A DNA stretch of 64,000 nucleotides from an uncultured Caulobacterales bacterium (GCA_964412525.1 CAYPOX010000001.1:11356-75355); one strand, 5' to 3'; counted from the stretch's first letter, positions 7,423 to 16,967 are shown. A program made the numbers and translations. Notes: generated by a model not told the origin, from the letters alone.

Positions 7423-8982
7423 ATGTCGAGCATCATCACCAACGAAAATGCGATCGTCGCGCTGCAAACGCTGCGCTCGGTCACGGCCAACCTTCAAGAG
7501 ACGCAAGACCGCATCTCCACGGGCCTGGAAGTTCGCCAAGCTTCTGACAACCCGGCCTTCTTCCTGGTCGCGAACCAGGTCGGCGGCGACCTCGCGGTCA
7601 TCACCGGCATCCGGGACAACCTGGAGCTGACGATCCAAGCGACGGCGACGGCGCAAAATGCGGCCAGCGACATCTTTGACGAGTTGGAAGCGATCCAGAC
7701 GACGAACGTGACCGCCGACTCCGGCGTTGCGCGCGACGAACTGGCCTTCTCGCTGCAAAACACGGTGTCCTTCATCGAAGGCGTCATCAACACGGCCAAC
7801 TTCGCGGGCAACAACCTGCTGGCGGGCTCCGACACGTTCACGGTCACCACGGCCGTCACGCGCGTCGGCGGCGAGTTCACGCTGTCCACCTTCACGTTGC
7901 AGCGTCAAAACCTCGACGACATCTCCATCGGCGGCGACCAGTTCCTGTCCGCCGGTGCGGGCTCGGACTTTGACTTCATGGTCGGCGCCAATGACGGCAC
8001 GCGTCAAGCGGACGAGCAGTTCTCTGCTCTGTCGCGTGCGTTCCGCGGCGAAGGCTTGGCCACGCAGTTCGACCGCAACAACAATGGCGCGGTTGAATTT
8101 ACGTCCGCTGGCGTCGCCAATGGCGGCGACTTCTTCACCTCCGCGGACGGCATCGCCGGCCTGATGGCGGGCGATCTTGCCTTTGAAGGCTCCCGCGCCG
8201 ATGCGGCGTTCCTTCTTTCGGTCGGCATTCAAGCGACCTTCATCGCGGGCGGTGCGACGGATGAAACGGGCGAAACGATCGACATCGTTTCCTTCGCTCG
8301 TTCCGGTTTGTCGGATCTCAACACACGCACGAATGGTCAAGGCGTCGCCACGTCTGAAGAGTTTGCGTCCGCTCTGGTCGACGCGAACGTCTTCACGACG
8401 GAAGTGTTTGATGCGGCGAACCGTGAAATCCTGAACGCCGACCAAGAGACGCTGTCCTTCCTGGAAATGGCGGGCTTCACGATGGCGGTCCTGACGGGCA
8501 CGACCATCACGCTCGTCTCGGAAGAGTCGCTGTTGACGCCGGCCACGATCGACTTCGCGGGTCAGACGGCGACGGCGTTTGAAACGGCCGCGCAAACCGT
8601 TCTCGAGAACTTCGTTCTCGACAGCGGCCGTTTGCTTGAGCAGGCGGACGCGTCCGGCTTCTCTGGCGTCCTGCGTCAGATCGACATCACGGCCGAAACG
8701 GGCAATGTCGGCTCCGCGATCACGATCTCGGCCAGCCTCGTTGACCGCGCCAACTTGGTCGCGTCGAATGTCGGCACGCTGCAATCCACGCTCGAAGCGC
8801 GTCAGAACTTCCTGTCTGACCTTGCTGACTCGCTCGACGTCGGCATCGCGGCGCTGATCGAAGCCAACCTGGACGAAGAGTCCACCCGTCTGCAGGCCCA
8901 GCAGGTCCAGCAGCAGTTGGCCATTCAGTCGCTCACGATCGCCAACGCTCAGCCGCAGGTTCTCCTGCAGCTGTTCGCGTAA
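7423..8982 (+). CDS. fliC: Flagellin (519 aa)
   Basis: AAGGGAG lies about 8 nt before the ATG at 7423. The N-terminus is MSSIITNENAIVALQTLRSVTANLQETQDRISTGL and the C-terminus is LDEESTRLQAQQVQQQLAIQSLTIANAQPQVLLQLF. The track's start at 7360 is rejected. Confidence 0.95.
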   Translation: MSSIITNENAIVALQTLRSVTANLQETQDRISTGLEVRQASDNPAFFLVANQVGGDLAVITGIRDNLELTIQATATAQNAASDIFDELEAIQTTNVTADSGVARDELAFSLQNTVSFIEGVINTANFAGNNLLAGSDTFTVTTAVTRVGGEFTLSTFTLQRQNLDDISIGGDQFLSAGAGSDFDFMVGANDGTRQADEQFSALSRAFRGEGLATQFDRNNNGAVEFTSAGVANGGDFFTSADGIAGLMAGDLAFEGSRADAAFLLSVGIQATFIAGGATDETGETIDIVSFARSGLSDLNTRTNGQGVATSEEFASALVDANVFTTEVFDAANREILNADQETLSFLEMAGFTMAVLTGTTITLVSEESLLTPATIDFAGQTATAFETAAQTVLENFVLDSGRLLEQADASGFSGVLRQIDITAETGNVGSAITISASLVDRANLVASNVGTLQSTLEARQNFLSDLADSLDVGIAALIEANLDEESTRLQAQQVQQQLAIQSLTIANAQPQVLLQLFA

Positions 8983-8998
8983 GATCGCTGAACAGGAT

Positions 8999-9031
8999 CG
9001 GGGCCGGCGAATGCCGGCCCCGATTTCTTTT
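8999..9031 (+). terminator. Rho-independent terminator after flagellin
   Basis: The stem is CGGGGCCGGC / GCCGGCCCCG (perfect 10 bp) with loop GAAT, followed by ATTTCTTTT. Confidence 0.85.
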
Positions 9032-9081
9032 GAACTCGGCGCAACCAATCGTTAAAATCTTTTCTTTAAGGATGGGTCATT

Positions 9082-9471
9082 ATGAGTGAAGCTTACAGCG
9101 TCGATGCGTATCGCCAGACCATCCGTGAGACCGAAGAACCGCGTAAGGCGGAACGTCGCGTCTTCTCCACCGTCACTGGACAGTTGGAGCGGTACAAGGA
9201 TGCCTTCGCAGGCCGCGATCTTGAAGCGCAAGGCCATCTTCGCGAGGCTTTGGCGAAAAACCGCACGCTCTGGAGCTTGTTGCTCAACGATGTGACCCAC
9301 AATGAGAACGCTCTGCCAAATGATTTGAAGGCGCGGATCATCTCGATCGCCATGTTCGTCGATCGGCACACGGTGAACGTGCTCAAAGGCGAAGGCGACG
9401 TTCACGTTCTCGTCGACGTCAACCGTTCCGTGATGGACGGATTGAAGGCCGCGCAGCCCTCTGAAGACTGA
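9082..9471 (+). CDS. flaF: Flagellar biosynthesis regulator FlaF
   Basis: The sequence AYRQTIRETEEPRKAERRVFSTVTGQL...NRTLWSLLLNDV is typical of FlaF. flbT is adjacent. Confidence 0.85.
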   Translation: MSEAYSVDAYRQTIRETEEPRKAERRVFSTVTGQLERYKDAFAGRDLEAQGHLREALAKNRTLWSLLLNDVTHNENALPNDLKARIISIAMFVDRHTVNVLKGEGDVHVLVDVNRSVMDGLKAAQPSED

Positions 9472-9495
9472 TTTCAAAGCCACCCGCGCGCCGGC

Positions 9496-9954
9496 ATGGG
9501 ACTGAAAATTCGGCTGCGGCCGCATGAAAAAGTCATCATCAACGGATGCGTGGTCGAAAACGGCAATCGCCGCGTCACCCTCAACGTCTACAATTACGCC
9601 CAGATCTTGCGTAGCCGTGACATCATGGCGGAGGCGGACGCCACCACCCCGCTCCGGCAATGCTATTTTCTCCTTCAACTAGTTCTCATTGATCCACGGA
9701 CCCATGACCGATGTTTGAAATGGGTCAGCGGCGTCATCTCACGCGCCTATGGCCTGTTGCGTGATGAGAGCCTGAGACGCCGATTGATCGCGACGATCGA
9801 ACGGGCTCGAGCGCATGATTACTACAAGGCGTTGACCGAACTCAAAGCCGTGATACGCTTTGAAGATGACGAAGGAGTGATTCCGGCTGGCGGCCTGGAA
9901 GCGTTTGCAAGCGTGCTTCAGTCTCTTGGTTCGCCGGCGTTAAATGAGCGGTAG
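9496..9954 (+). CDS. flbT: Flagellin synthesis repressor FlbT
   Basis: The N-terminus MGLKIRLRPHEKVIINGCVVENGNRRVTLNV is the FlbT signature. Confidence 0.85.
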   Translation: MGLKIRLRPHEKVIINGCVVENGNRRVTLNVYNYAQILRSRDIMAEADATTPLRQCYFLLQLVLIDPRTHDRCLKWVSGVISRAYGLLRDESLRRRLIATIERARAHDYYKALTELKAVIRFEDDEGVIPAGGLEAFASVLQSLGSPALNER

Positions 9955-10294
9955 AACCATGGAACCAATGTTGGGCGTAAATTCTGAGGTCACCACCCCA
10001 CAACTGTCGCCAGGCGATCGGTCTGTGGCCACCGGCGCGACGTCTTCGGAACCTTCCACCCTTGCAGGCGCCGGTGTGGTCGCCTTTGACGAGGAAATCA
10101 CAGCGGTCGATGCGGAGCTTGATCGGCCCGATCGGTTCAATCTTCAATTCGAACCGGGCTCGATCCGCATATTTACGGAAGTCTTGGATCGTGACGGCGA
10201 CATCGTCACCCGTATTCCGCCCGCATCGCTGCGGACGGCGCTCGCCGCATTCGGACTGAGCGACGGGCCGTTCAGCGTTCAATCCTTCGTTTAG
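9944..10294 (+). CDS. flaG: FlaG-like flagellar protein
   Basis: The C-terminal segment FNLQFEPGSIRIFTEVLDRDGDIVTRIPP fits the FlaG family pattern (..D..tGevirqIP). It overlaps the flbT end by 11 nt. Confidence 0.6.
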   Translation: MSGRTMEPMLGVNSEVTTPQLSPGDRSVATGATSSEPSTLAGAGVVAFDEEITAVDAELDRPDRFNLQFEPGSIRIFTEVLDRDGDIVTRIPPASLRTALAAFGLSDGPFSVQSFV

Positions 10295-11757
10295 ACCGAC
10301 GCGCCGCCGACCGGCTGGCGGATATCGATCGCTGAAGGGGACGCATCGCCGCCCTGGTCGCCGAAGACGGATTGCACGTCCGCAGTTTCATCAACCGCGC
10401 GTGGCGAGGCTTGAGCAACGCCGTCCGACCCGACGATCTGCGCAAGACGGCGAAACGCCTCGGCCGTGTCGCCGCGTTCCTCCCGGCGTTGGTCGATCAA
10501 TTGCTCCAATCCATCAAAAATTTCGATCGCCCGGTCCGTCTCCGGGTCCGATCCGCGTTTGTACGCGCCGATCCGGATGATCTCTTGCATGTTTTCGTAC
10601 AACGCTTGCGCGCGAATGGCTTTTTCCCGCGCCGCGTTCTCGGCGGGCGAATGGCATTGGGGCAAAGAGCGAGAGATGCTCTTGAGAATGTCGATGGCTG
10701 GAAAGCGACCGCGCTCGGCGATCGACCGACTCATCGCCACATGCCCGTCCAGAATGCCGCGCACCGCGTCCGAAATCGGTTCGTTCATGTCGTCGCCTTC
10801 GACCAAAACGGTGAACACGCCCGTGATGTCGCCTTCATCACCAAACCCCGGACCGGCCCGTTCCAAAAGCCGCGGCAATTCGGAGAAGACGGTCGGGGGA
10901 TAGCCCTTGGCGGTCGGCGGTTCGCCAGCGGTCAATCCAATTTCACGCTGCGCCATCGCGAAGCGCGTGATCGAGTCGATCAGGCATAGGACATGCTTGC
11001 CCAAATGCCGCTGATGCTCGGCAAGGGCAAGGGTGAGGTACGCCGCTTGGCGGCGCATGAGCGGCGGCTGATCGCCCGTGGCCACGACGACGATCGCGCG
11101 CGCGAGCCCTTCTTCACCCAAATCGTCCTGCAAAAACTCTTGAACCTCGCGACCGCGTTCGCCGATGAGGCCGATGATGATCACGTCGGCGTCCGCGTAG
11201 CGCGCGAACATGGAGAGCATCGTCGACTTGCCCACGCCCGAGCCCGAGAACACGCCCATGCGCTGGCCGCGACAGATCGGTGAAAAAAGATCAACGCCCC
11301 GAACGCCGGAACTCATACGAGGGCCGACGGGTCGGCGGTCATAGGCGTTGGGAGGCCGCGATTTCAGCGGCGTCAGATGTTCGCCCTCGGGAAGCGGGCC
11401 TTTGCCGTCGATCGGGCGGCCGAGGCCGTCAATCACGCGGCCGATCCAACGCTCGGACGACCGAATCGTGAAGCTCGTGCCGTCGTAAATCACCGGGCTG
11501 CCGACCGAGACGCCTTCGATCTCGTCCAGGGCCATGAGCAATGTGCGTCCGTTGCGCACGCCGACGGCCTCGCAGAGCACGTGGGTGCCGTCCCGCCGGA
11601 CCGCATAACACTTGTCGCCCATGGCCAGGCGACGCTCCAGCCCGCGGGCCTCAATCGTCATGCCCATGAAGCCGGCCACTTCGCCGCGCCAGCGCGGTCC
11701 TGGCACGGCGGCGACTTCGGCCGCCGCCTCTTCGAAAATGCGGTCCATCGCTGACAT
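10291..11757 (-). CDS. fliI: Flagellum-specific ATPase FliI (488 aa)
   Basis: It has Walker A GVFSGSGVGKST and Walker B DVIIIGLIGERGREV. The start is taken at MSAMDRIF (ATG at 11757). The 804-aa track ORF is an upstream run-on across flgB and flgC. Confidence 0.93.
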   Translation of the reverse strand: MSAMDRIFEEAAAEVAAVPGPRWRGEVAGFMGMTIEARGLERRLAMGDKCYAVRRDGTHVLCEAVGVRNGRTLLMALDEIEGVSVGSPVIYDGTSFTIRSSERWIGRVIDGLGRPIDGKGPLPEGEHLTPLKSRPPNAYDRRPVGPRMSSGVRGVDLFSPICRGQRMGVFSGSGVGKSTMLSMFARYADADVIIIGLIGERGREVQEFLQDDLGEEGLARAIVVVATGDQPPLMRRQAAYLTLALAEHQRHLGKHVLCLIDSITRFAMAQREIGLTAGEPPTAKGYPPTVFSELPRLLERAGPGFGDEGDITGVFTVLVEGDDMNEPISDAVRGILDGHVAMSRSIAERGRFPAIDILKSISRSLPQCHSPAENAAREKAIRAQALYENMQEIIRIGAYKRGSDPETDRAIEIFDGLEQLIDQRREERGDTAEAFRRLAQIVGSDGVAQASPRAVDETADVQSVFGDQGGDASPSAIDIRQPVGGASV

Positions 11758-11827
11758 GTGCGCCCCGTCCCCTGTTGTCCGCGTCACCAAGCCCGACGGC
11801 GACCGCCGAAGCAACCCTTTCGCCCCG

Positions 11828-11839
11828 CGCGTAAAAGCG
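11828..11839 (-). promoter_or_regulatory. Second copy of the 12-mer CGCTTTTACGCG, read on the minus strand, in the fliI/flgB divergent region
   Basis: It is a perfect match to 7300-7311. It lies 71 nt upstream of the fliI start and 60 nt upstream of the flgB start. Confidence 0.45.
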
Positions 11840-11898
11840 TGTTTAAACCATGGCGTGCCATCACGCTGATCAAACACGGGTAAGGGTCGATCGCAAGC

Positions 11899-12294
11899 AT
11901 GTTCATTCCAGGTGTTGAGGTGCTGGGGCTCGGGCGTGAATACATGCGCTATCTCGGGGTGCGCCAAAAAATTCTGGCGGAAAATGTGGCGAATGCGGAC
12001 ACGCCGCAGGCCACGCGGAAGGACTTGGTCAGTTTCACGGACGCATTGCGGACGGTGGCGACGAGTCGTCCGGCCACGACGCATCCAGCGCATTTCGCAT
12101 CCTTGCCGGGCACGCCGGAGTTTCGGGAGAATCGGCGCGCCGAGGGATATGCGCTGGAAATTTCCGAAAACGACATCGTGCTGGAACAGGAAATGGTGGC
12201 GGCGAGCGAAGTGCGCCAGGCTTACGCCATGGCGGCGCGTGTGATGCGCTCCATGACGGATATGATGGGCCGCGCATTCTCGACGCGGTCCTGA
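11899..12294 (+). CDS. flgB: Flagellar basal-body rod protein FlgB
   Basis: It carries RQKILAENVANADTPQ (the rod-protein N-terminal motif) and precedes flgC. Confidence 0.9.
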   Translation: MFIPGVEVLGLGREYMRYLGVRQKILAENVANADTPQATRKDLVSFTDALRTVATSRPATTHPAHFASLPGTPEFRENRRAEGYALEISENDIVLEQEMVAASEVRQAYAMAARVMRSMTDMMGRAFSTRS

Positions 12295-12312
12295 CGGGGA
12301 AGGTGAGCGGTT

Positions 12313-12732
12313 ATGGCGGGCTCTATCGAAGCGGTGATGCAAATCGCGGTCTCCGGGCTTGAAACTCAAAGCTCCCGGATCCGGGTGATCGCGCAAAACA
12401 TCGCGAATGCGGAATCCACCTCGCTGATCCCGGGCGGTGAGCCCTATCGGCGGCAGACCATCTCCTTCGGTGAGGAGTTTGACCGGTCTTTGAACGCGTC
12501 GCTCTCGGTCGTGGACCGGATCGGGCGAGATCAAAGCGATTACACGATCAAATATGAGCCGAGCCATCCGGCGGCCAATGAAGACGGCTATGTCCTCTAT
12601 CCGAATGTGAACCGTCTGATCGAAACGACCGACATGTCTGAAGCGACGCGGTCCTATGAGGCGAACCTTGCGATGGTGGAGAACGCGCGCGATCTCTTCA
12701 CGCAAACTTTGGACCTCATCAGCCGCTTCTAG
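12313..12732 (+). CDS. flgC: Flagellar basal-body rod protein FlgC
   Basis: It has SGLETQSSRIRVIAQNIANAEST and the C-terminal YEANLAMVENARDLFTQTLDL. Confidence 0.93.
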   Translation: MAGSIEAVMQIAVSGLETQSSRIRVIAQNIANAESTSLIPGGEPYRRQTISFGEEFDRSLNASLSVVDRIGRDQSDYTIKYEPSHPAANEDGYVLYPNVNRLIETTDMSEATRSYEANLAMVENARDLFTQTLDLISRF

Positions 12733-12752
12733 GAACTTAGGGTGACGACATC

Positions 12753-13079
12753 ATGAGCATGCTGGCCGCGCCAATTGGAGACGTTGCGAAGCTTTACCGC
12801 TCGTCGCAGGGCCTGGGCTATGACGGCCCGGGCGAGGCCGCCTTCATCGGCCGTGAGCCCACCCAGAAGTTTTCCGAGTTTCTTGCGGAGGGTGCCCAGG
12901 AAGTTCGCACGAATTTCCAGACGGCGGAGCACGCTTATGCGGCGGGCATCCGCGGCGAAGCGGGCATCCAAGAGGTGGTGACCGCGGTGATGTCGGCGAA
13001 GATGACGCTTGATGCGGTCGTGGCCGTCCGGAACCGCCTCATCGACGCCTATCAAGACATCATGCGCATGCCGATCTGA
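12753..13079 (+). CDS. fliE: Flagellar hook-basal body complex protein FliE
   Basis: The C-terminus EVVTAVMSAKMTLDAVVAVRNRLIDAYQDIMRMPI matches FliE. Confidence 0.88.
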   Translation: MSMLAAPIGDVAKLYRSSQGLGYDGPGEAAFIGREPTQKFSEFLAEGAQEVRTNFQTAEHAYAAGIRGEAGIQEVVTAVMSAKMTLDAVVAVRNRLIDAYQDIMRMPI

Positions 13080-13367
13080 TTGCAGGCGCGCGTGAACGAA
13101 GCCGACACCATCACCATCATCCGCACCGCGCTTTTCGTGACGCTGGTGATCATCGGGCCGGTTTTGCTTGCAGCCATCGTGGTCGGATTGACGATCGCCT
13201 TGTTCCAGGCGGTGACGCAGATCCAAGTAATCACGCTGACCTTCGTGCCCAAAATCGTGGTCGTGATCGTGTCGCTCTATGCGGCGGGACCGTTCATGTA
13301 TGAGCGATTGTCCACCTTTGTGGATTTGTTGGCCGACCGCATACTTTTGGCCGGAACCGCAGGCTGA
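13080..13367 (+). CDS. fliQ: Flagellar export apparatus protein FliQ
   Basis: It is a small protein with two hydrophobic helices and ALFQAVTQIQVITLTFVPKI. The start is uncertain: TTG at 13080 or GTG at 13091. Confidence 0.85.
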   Translation: MQARVNEADTITIIRTALFVTLVIIGPVLLAAIVVGLTIALFQAVTQIQVITLTFVPKIVVVIVSLYAAGPFMYERLSTFVDLLADRILLAGTAG

Positions 13368-13369
13368 GC

Positions 13370-14047
13370 GTGCCGGGCGCGGGCCTTGTCGCGTTGACGG
13401 CCGCCCTATGGGCGTCGCCGTCGCTGATATCCGATCCTCCCGAAATCGCCTGCGCGCGCGCGGCCGAACGCGCCGCTCGCGTAACGTCCGTGAATGAGGA
13501 GCTTTTGATCAGCATCGGTCTGACGGAGGCGGGGCGGTCCGTGAATGGGGCGCGCGCCGTGATTTGGCCGTGGACCGTGACAACCATCGAGGGCGGCGCC
13601 TATTTCTCGAGCCGGCGCGCGGCTCTGAACGAAGCGATAAGGCTTCGCGACGCCGGCGTCCGTTCCTTTGACCTTGGTTGCATGCAGATCAATTATCGCT
13701 GGCACGGGGACGCGTTTGACGGGCGCCTTGAACGCATGCTCGATCCCGACGCCAATGTTCGGTATGCGGCGCGCCATCTCCACAGCTTAAAAGGCGAGCA
13801 GGCCACCTGGGAAAGCGCCGTTGCGCTTTATCACACGCGCGATGCGGATCGCGGGGCCGCCTACGCTGCGCGCGTCGCGCAGAACCGCGCCTTCGTGGCG
13901 GGGGTGATGAATCCACCTCTCCAACCGGGCGGACACAATCTCTTCGCCAACATATCCCAAGCGGAACCCTTGTTGGAGCCTGCGGGTTTCCTTATGACCA
14001 AGGAATTGAAGCCTTGGCTGCCGGAGTTGGAAAGCCGCGATCTATAA
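13370..14047 (+). CDS. Lytic transglycosylase (SLT-domain) within a flagellar operon
   Basis: It has LISIGLTEAGR (candidate catalytic Glu), FDLGCMQINYRWH and VALYHT. The position is analogous to flagellum-dedicated transglycosylases. Confidence 0.7.
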   Translation: MPGAGLVALTAALWASPSLISDPPEIACARAAERAARVTSVNEELLISIGLTEAGRSVNGARAVIWPWTVTTIEGGAYFSSRRAALNEAIRLRDAGVRSFDLGCMQINYRWHGDAFDGRLERMLDPDANVRYAARHLHSLKGEQATWESAVALYHTRDADRGAAYAARVAQNRAFVAGVMNPPLQPGGHNLFANISQAEPLLEPAGFLMTKELKPWLPELESRDL

Positions 14048-14110
14048 GCGGTTTTCACGTTCGACCGCTATGCTTTCAGGTTCGAGGGGCGGACCTGCCG
14101 GAGATCATAA

Positions 14111-16186
14111 ATGTTTCGTTCGATCGATGTCCGTGAAGGCCTGAAGCACCGCGACGTCCTTTTTGCGGTCGCCATTTTGGCGATTCTCACGCTGCTGTTC
14201 GTGCCGATCGCGCCCTGGCTTCTGGACTTCGGCCTATCGATTTCGCTCGCCTTCTCCGCATTGATTCTCATGACGGCGCTGTGGGTGAACCGGCCGCTCG
14301 ATCTGTCGTCTTTCCCGACCATCCTCCTTGTGGCGACAGTTTTGCGTTTGGCGTTGAATGTCGCGTCCACCCGATTGATCCTGACGAACGGGCATGAGGG
14401 GTCAGCCGCGGCCGGCCGGGTCATCGAAGGCTTCGCCGAATTCCTCATGGGCGGCAATTTCGTCATCGGCATCGTCGTCTTCGCGATTTTGATCGTCGTC
14501 AATTTCGTCGTGATCACCCGCGGCGCAAGCCGGATCGCGGAAGTCGGCGCGCGTTTCACCTTGGACGCCATGCCCGGCAAGCAAATGGCGATCGATGCGG
14601 ATTTGTCGTCGGGCCTTATCAATGAGGAGCAAGCCCGTACGCGCCGGAAAGATCTGGAAGAGCAAAGCGCGTTTTACGGCGCGATGGACGGCGCCTCAAA
14701 GTTCGTGCGCGGGGACGCGATCGCGGGCCTGATCATCACCTTCATCAATGTCATCGGCGGTATGGTGATCGGCGTGGTCCAACAGGATCTCACCATCGGA
14801 GAGGCCGCGAACAATTACACCCTTCTGACCGTGGGCGACGGCCTCGCCACCCAGGTTCCGGCATTGATCGTTTCGCTCGCAGCCGGCTTGCTCGTCACCC
14901 GCGGCGAAAATGAAGGCGGCGCGGAACGCGCGGTCTTCGCCCAACTCGGAAACTACCCGAAAGCGCTGATACTCGTCGGCTTTATGCTTGCCGGCCTTGG
15001 CCTCCTTCCCGGTCTCCCGATTCTCGTTCTTCTCCCCTTGGCTGCTTTGGCTTTTGCGGCCGGTTACTTCCTCCCGCGTATGCGCGCGCGCGAGGCGGAG
15101 GAAGCGAAGGTCTCGGCAGCCGTGGCGAAGGAGCGCGACGCGCAGGCGCCGGCGGAGGAGAAAGTCGAAGACACCTTGCGGGTGGAGGACGTCAAGCTGG
15201 AAGTCGGCTCGCATCTGGTCACGTTGATCTCGGACCCGTCTCGCGGTCTGTCGCCAAAAGTGCGATCCCTGCGCAAGCGATTTGCGCGCGAATACGGTTT
15301 CCTGCTCCCGCCGGTGCGCATCCGTGACAACGTATATCTCAAGAACGACGAGTATGTGGTCTCGATCCAAGACGTTGAAATGGCGCGTGGGCGGGTGAAG
15401 CCCGGCATGATGCTTGTGATCAATCCCCAGGGCGGCACGGTCGACATGCCCGGCGAACAGACGAAGGAGCCCACCTTCGGCCTTCCCGCCTGTTGGATCG
15501 ACGCCAATTTGACGGAAGAAGCAGAGGCCAAATCCTATACGGTGGTGGATCCGGAAAGCGTGGTGACGACGCATTTGGCGGAGATCATCAAGGACAATCT
15601 GCCGACGCTCCTCACCTATTCCGCCCTGCAGCGGCTGCTTCAAAATCTGGATCCGGAATATTCCAAGCTTCTGGGCGATGTGGTGCCGAGCCAGATCAGC
15701 CATGTTGGGTTGCAACGCGTGCTTCAGGCGCTGTTGGGCGAGCGGATCTCCATTCGCAATCTGCCTGCGATCCTGGAAGCGGTGTCCGAGGCGGCCGGCT
15801 GGACCCGCAACGCCAGCCTGATCGCCGAACATGTGCGCTCACGCTTGGGGCCGCAAATCGTCGATCGCTTCAAAGGCCCTGACGGCTTCATTCCGGTGGT
15901 GTCGCTGACGCCGAAATGGGAGCAGGCCTTTTTGGAGAATATCGAAACGCGCGATCACAACCGGCATTTCGCCATGCCTCCAAGCCTGGTGAACGAGTTC
16001 GTTCAGACCGCGCGCCGAAAGCTCCAGCAATTCGCGGCCACCGGCACGACGCCGGCGGTCCTGGTCACGCCGGACGCGCGGCCCTTCGTCCGGTCCTTGC
16101 TTGAACGGGTCAGCCCGCAAACGCCCGTGATTTCCCACAACGAGCTTCACTCGAAAGTCCAGATTAAGTCCCTCGGTCAGATTTGA
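14111..16186 (+). CDS. flhA: Flagellar export apparatus protein FlhA
   Basis: At 691 aa it has FPTILLVATVLRLALNVASTRLIL, GASRIAEVGARFTLDAMPGKQMAIDADL and FVRGDAIAG. Confidence 0.97.
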   Translation: MFRSIDVREGLKHRDVLFAVAILAILTLLFVPIAPWLLDFGLSISLAFSALILMTALWVNRPLDLSSFPTILLVATVLRLALNVASTRLILTNGHEGSAAAGRVIEGFAEFLMGGNFVIGIVVFAILIVVNFVVITRGASRIAEVGARFTLDAMPGKQMAIDADLSSGLINEEQARTRRKDLEEQSAFYGAMDGASKFVRGDAIAGLIITFINVIGGMVIGVVQQDLTIGEAANNYTLLTVGDGLATQVPALIVSLAAGLLVTRGENEGGAERAVFAQLGNYPKALILVGFMLAGLGLLPGLPILVLLPLAALAFAAGYFLPRMRAREAEEAKVSAAVAKERDAQAPAEEKVEDTLRVEDVKLEVGSHLVTLISDPSRGLSPKVRSLRKRFAREYGFLLPPVRIRDNVYLKNDEYVVSIQDVEMARGRVKPGMMLVINPQGGTVDMPGEQTKEPTFGLPACWIDANLTEEAEAKSYTVVDPESVVTTHLAEIIKDNLPTLLTYSALQRLLQNLDPEYSKLLGDVVPSQISHVGLQRVLQALLGERISIRNLPAILEAVSEAAGWTRNASLIAEHVRSRLGPQIVDRFKGPDGFIPVVSLTPKWEQAFLENIETRDHNRHFAMPPSLVNEFVQTARRKLQQFAATGTTPAVLVTPDARPFVRSLLERVSPQTPVISHNELHSKVQIKSLGQI

Positions 16187-16199
16187 CGGTGAGGTCGCG

Positions 16200-16967
16200 A
16201 TGTATGTCGACCTCGAGACCTATCTCAACAGCGAGATTTATCGTTACTTTCTTGTTCTGACGCGCATTTCGGCGGCGCTGCTTTTCCTTCCCGCATTGGG
16301 CGAGCGCATTTTCTCCGCGCGCGTCAGGCTGGCTTTGGCGCTCGGTCTGACATGGATCTTAACGCCTCTGATCCCAAGTTTGCCCGCAACGGCGCCGTCC
16401 TCCTTCGTCGTGGTGGTCCAGGATCTGGCGTTCGAGGTCTTCGCAGGTTCGTTCTTTGGCTTGACCGCCCGCCTTTTGCACACGGCGCTCGCCATCGCGG
16501 GTCAAATGATCGGACGCGCGATCGTCCTTGCGAATATCTTCACCCTGCCGTTCAACGACAACGGCTCCGGATCGATCCTCGGCGCGTTTCTCACCCTTTC
16601 CGGGGTCATGCTCATTTTCGCGACGGACGTTCACCACCTCATGATCGCCGGCCTGATCCGAACCTATGACGTTTTGCCGTCCGCGACGCCGCCGGATGTC
16701 CGCGTCACCGGCCTCGTGATCGCGGAGTTGATGCATCGGAGCTATCGAATCGCCGCGGAGTTGTCCGCGCCGCTGCTCGTCTTGAATTTCGTTTTCTATG
16801 TCGGTCTTGGGATCATGACCCGGCTCATGCCGCGGCTTCCGATCTTTTTCATCGCCTTGCCGGCCGCCAATCTTGGCGGTCTCATCATTTTTCTCGTCGT
16901 TTCCGGCTTCATTCTCACCGGCTACGCCGAACCGCTGTCCGATTGGCTGACCACGTTGAGGCTCTGA
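16200..16967 (+). CDS. fliR: Flagellar export apparatus protein FliR
   Basis: It is a polytopic membrane protein of 255 aa (FLVLTRISAALLFLPALG) located between flhA and flhB. Confidence 0.88.
   Translation: MYVDLETYLNSEIYRYFLVLTRISAALLFLPALGERIFSARVRLALALGLTWILTPLIPSLPATAPSSFVVVVQDLAFEVFAGSFFGLTARLLHTALAIAGQMIGRAIVLANIFTLPFNDNGSGSILGAFLTLSGVMLIFATDVHHLMIAGLIRTYDVLPSATPPDVRVTGLVIAELMHRSYRIAAELSAPLLVLNFVFYVGLGIMTRLMPRLPIFFIALPAANLGGLIIFLVVSGFILTGYAEPLSDWLTTLRL

Noticed and set aside
8065-8100. An EF-hand-like loop DRNNNGAVEFTS in flagellin
   Set aside because: It matches positions 1, 3, 5, 6 and 8 but has Ser rather than Glu/Asp at position 12, and there is no second copy. It is too weak to claim, unlike the two FlgL loops.
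7396-9048. A 550-aa ORF antisense to the flagellin gene
   Set aside because: It mirrors the flagellin frame exactly. Its Arg/Gly/Asp-rich low-complexity translation has no motifs. The sense strand encodes an unmistakable flagellin. This is the usual stop-poor antisense frame of GC-rich DNA.
11851-11867. A sigma-54-like element, TGGCGTGCCATCACGCT, upstream of flgB
   Set aside because: The GG and GC dinucleotides are not at the canonical spacing (TGGCAC-N5-TTGC), because the GC is displaced by one position. There is no TTGC, and no rpoN or enhancer-binding-protein gene in the window to support it.
11758-12705. The N-terminal 316 residues of the 804-aa track ORF containing fliI
   Set aside because: This extension runs antisense through flgB and flgC and has no FliI-like sequence. 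FliI begins at MSAMDRIF (ATG at 11757).
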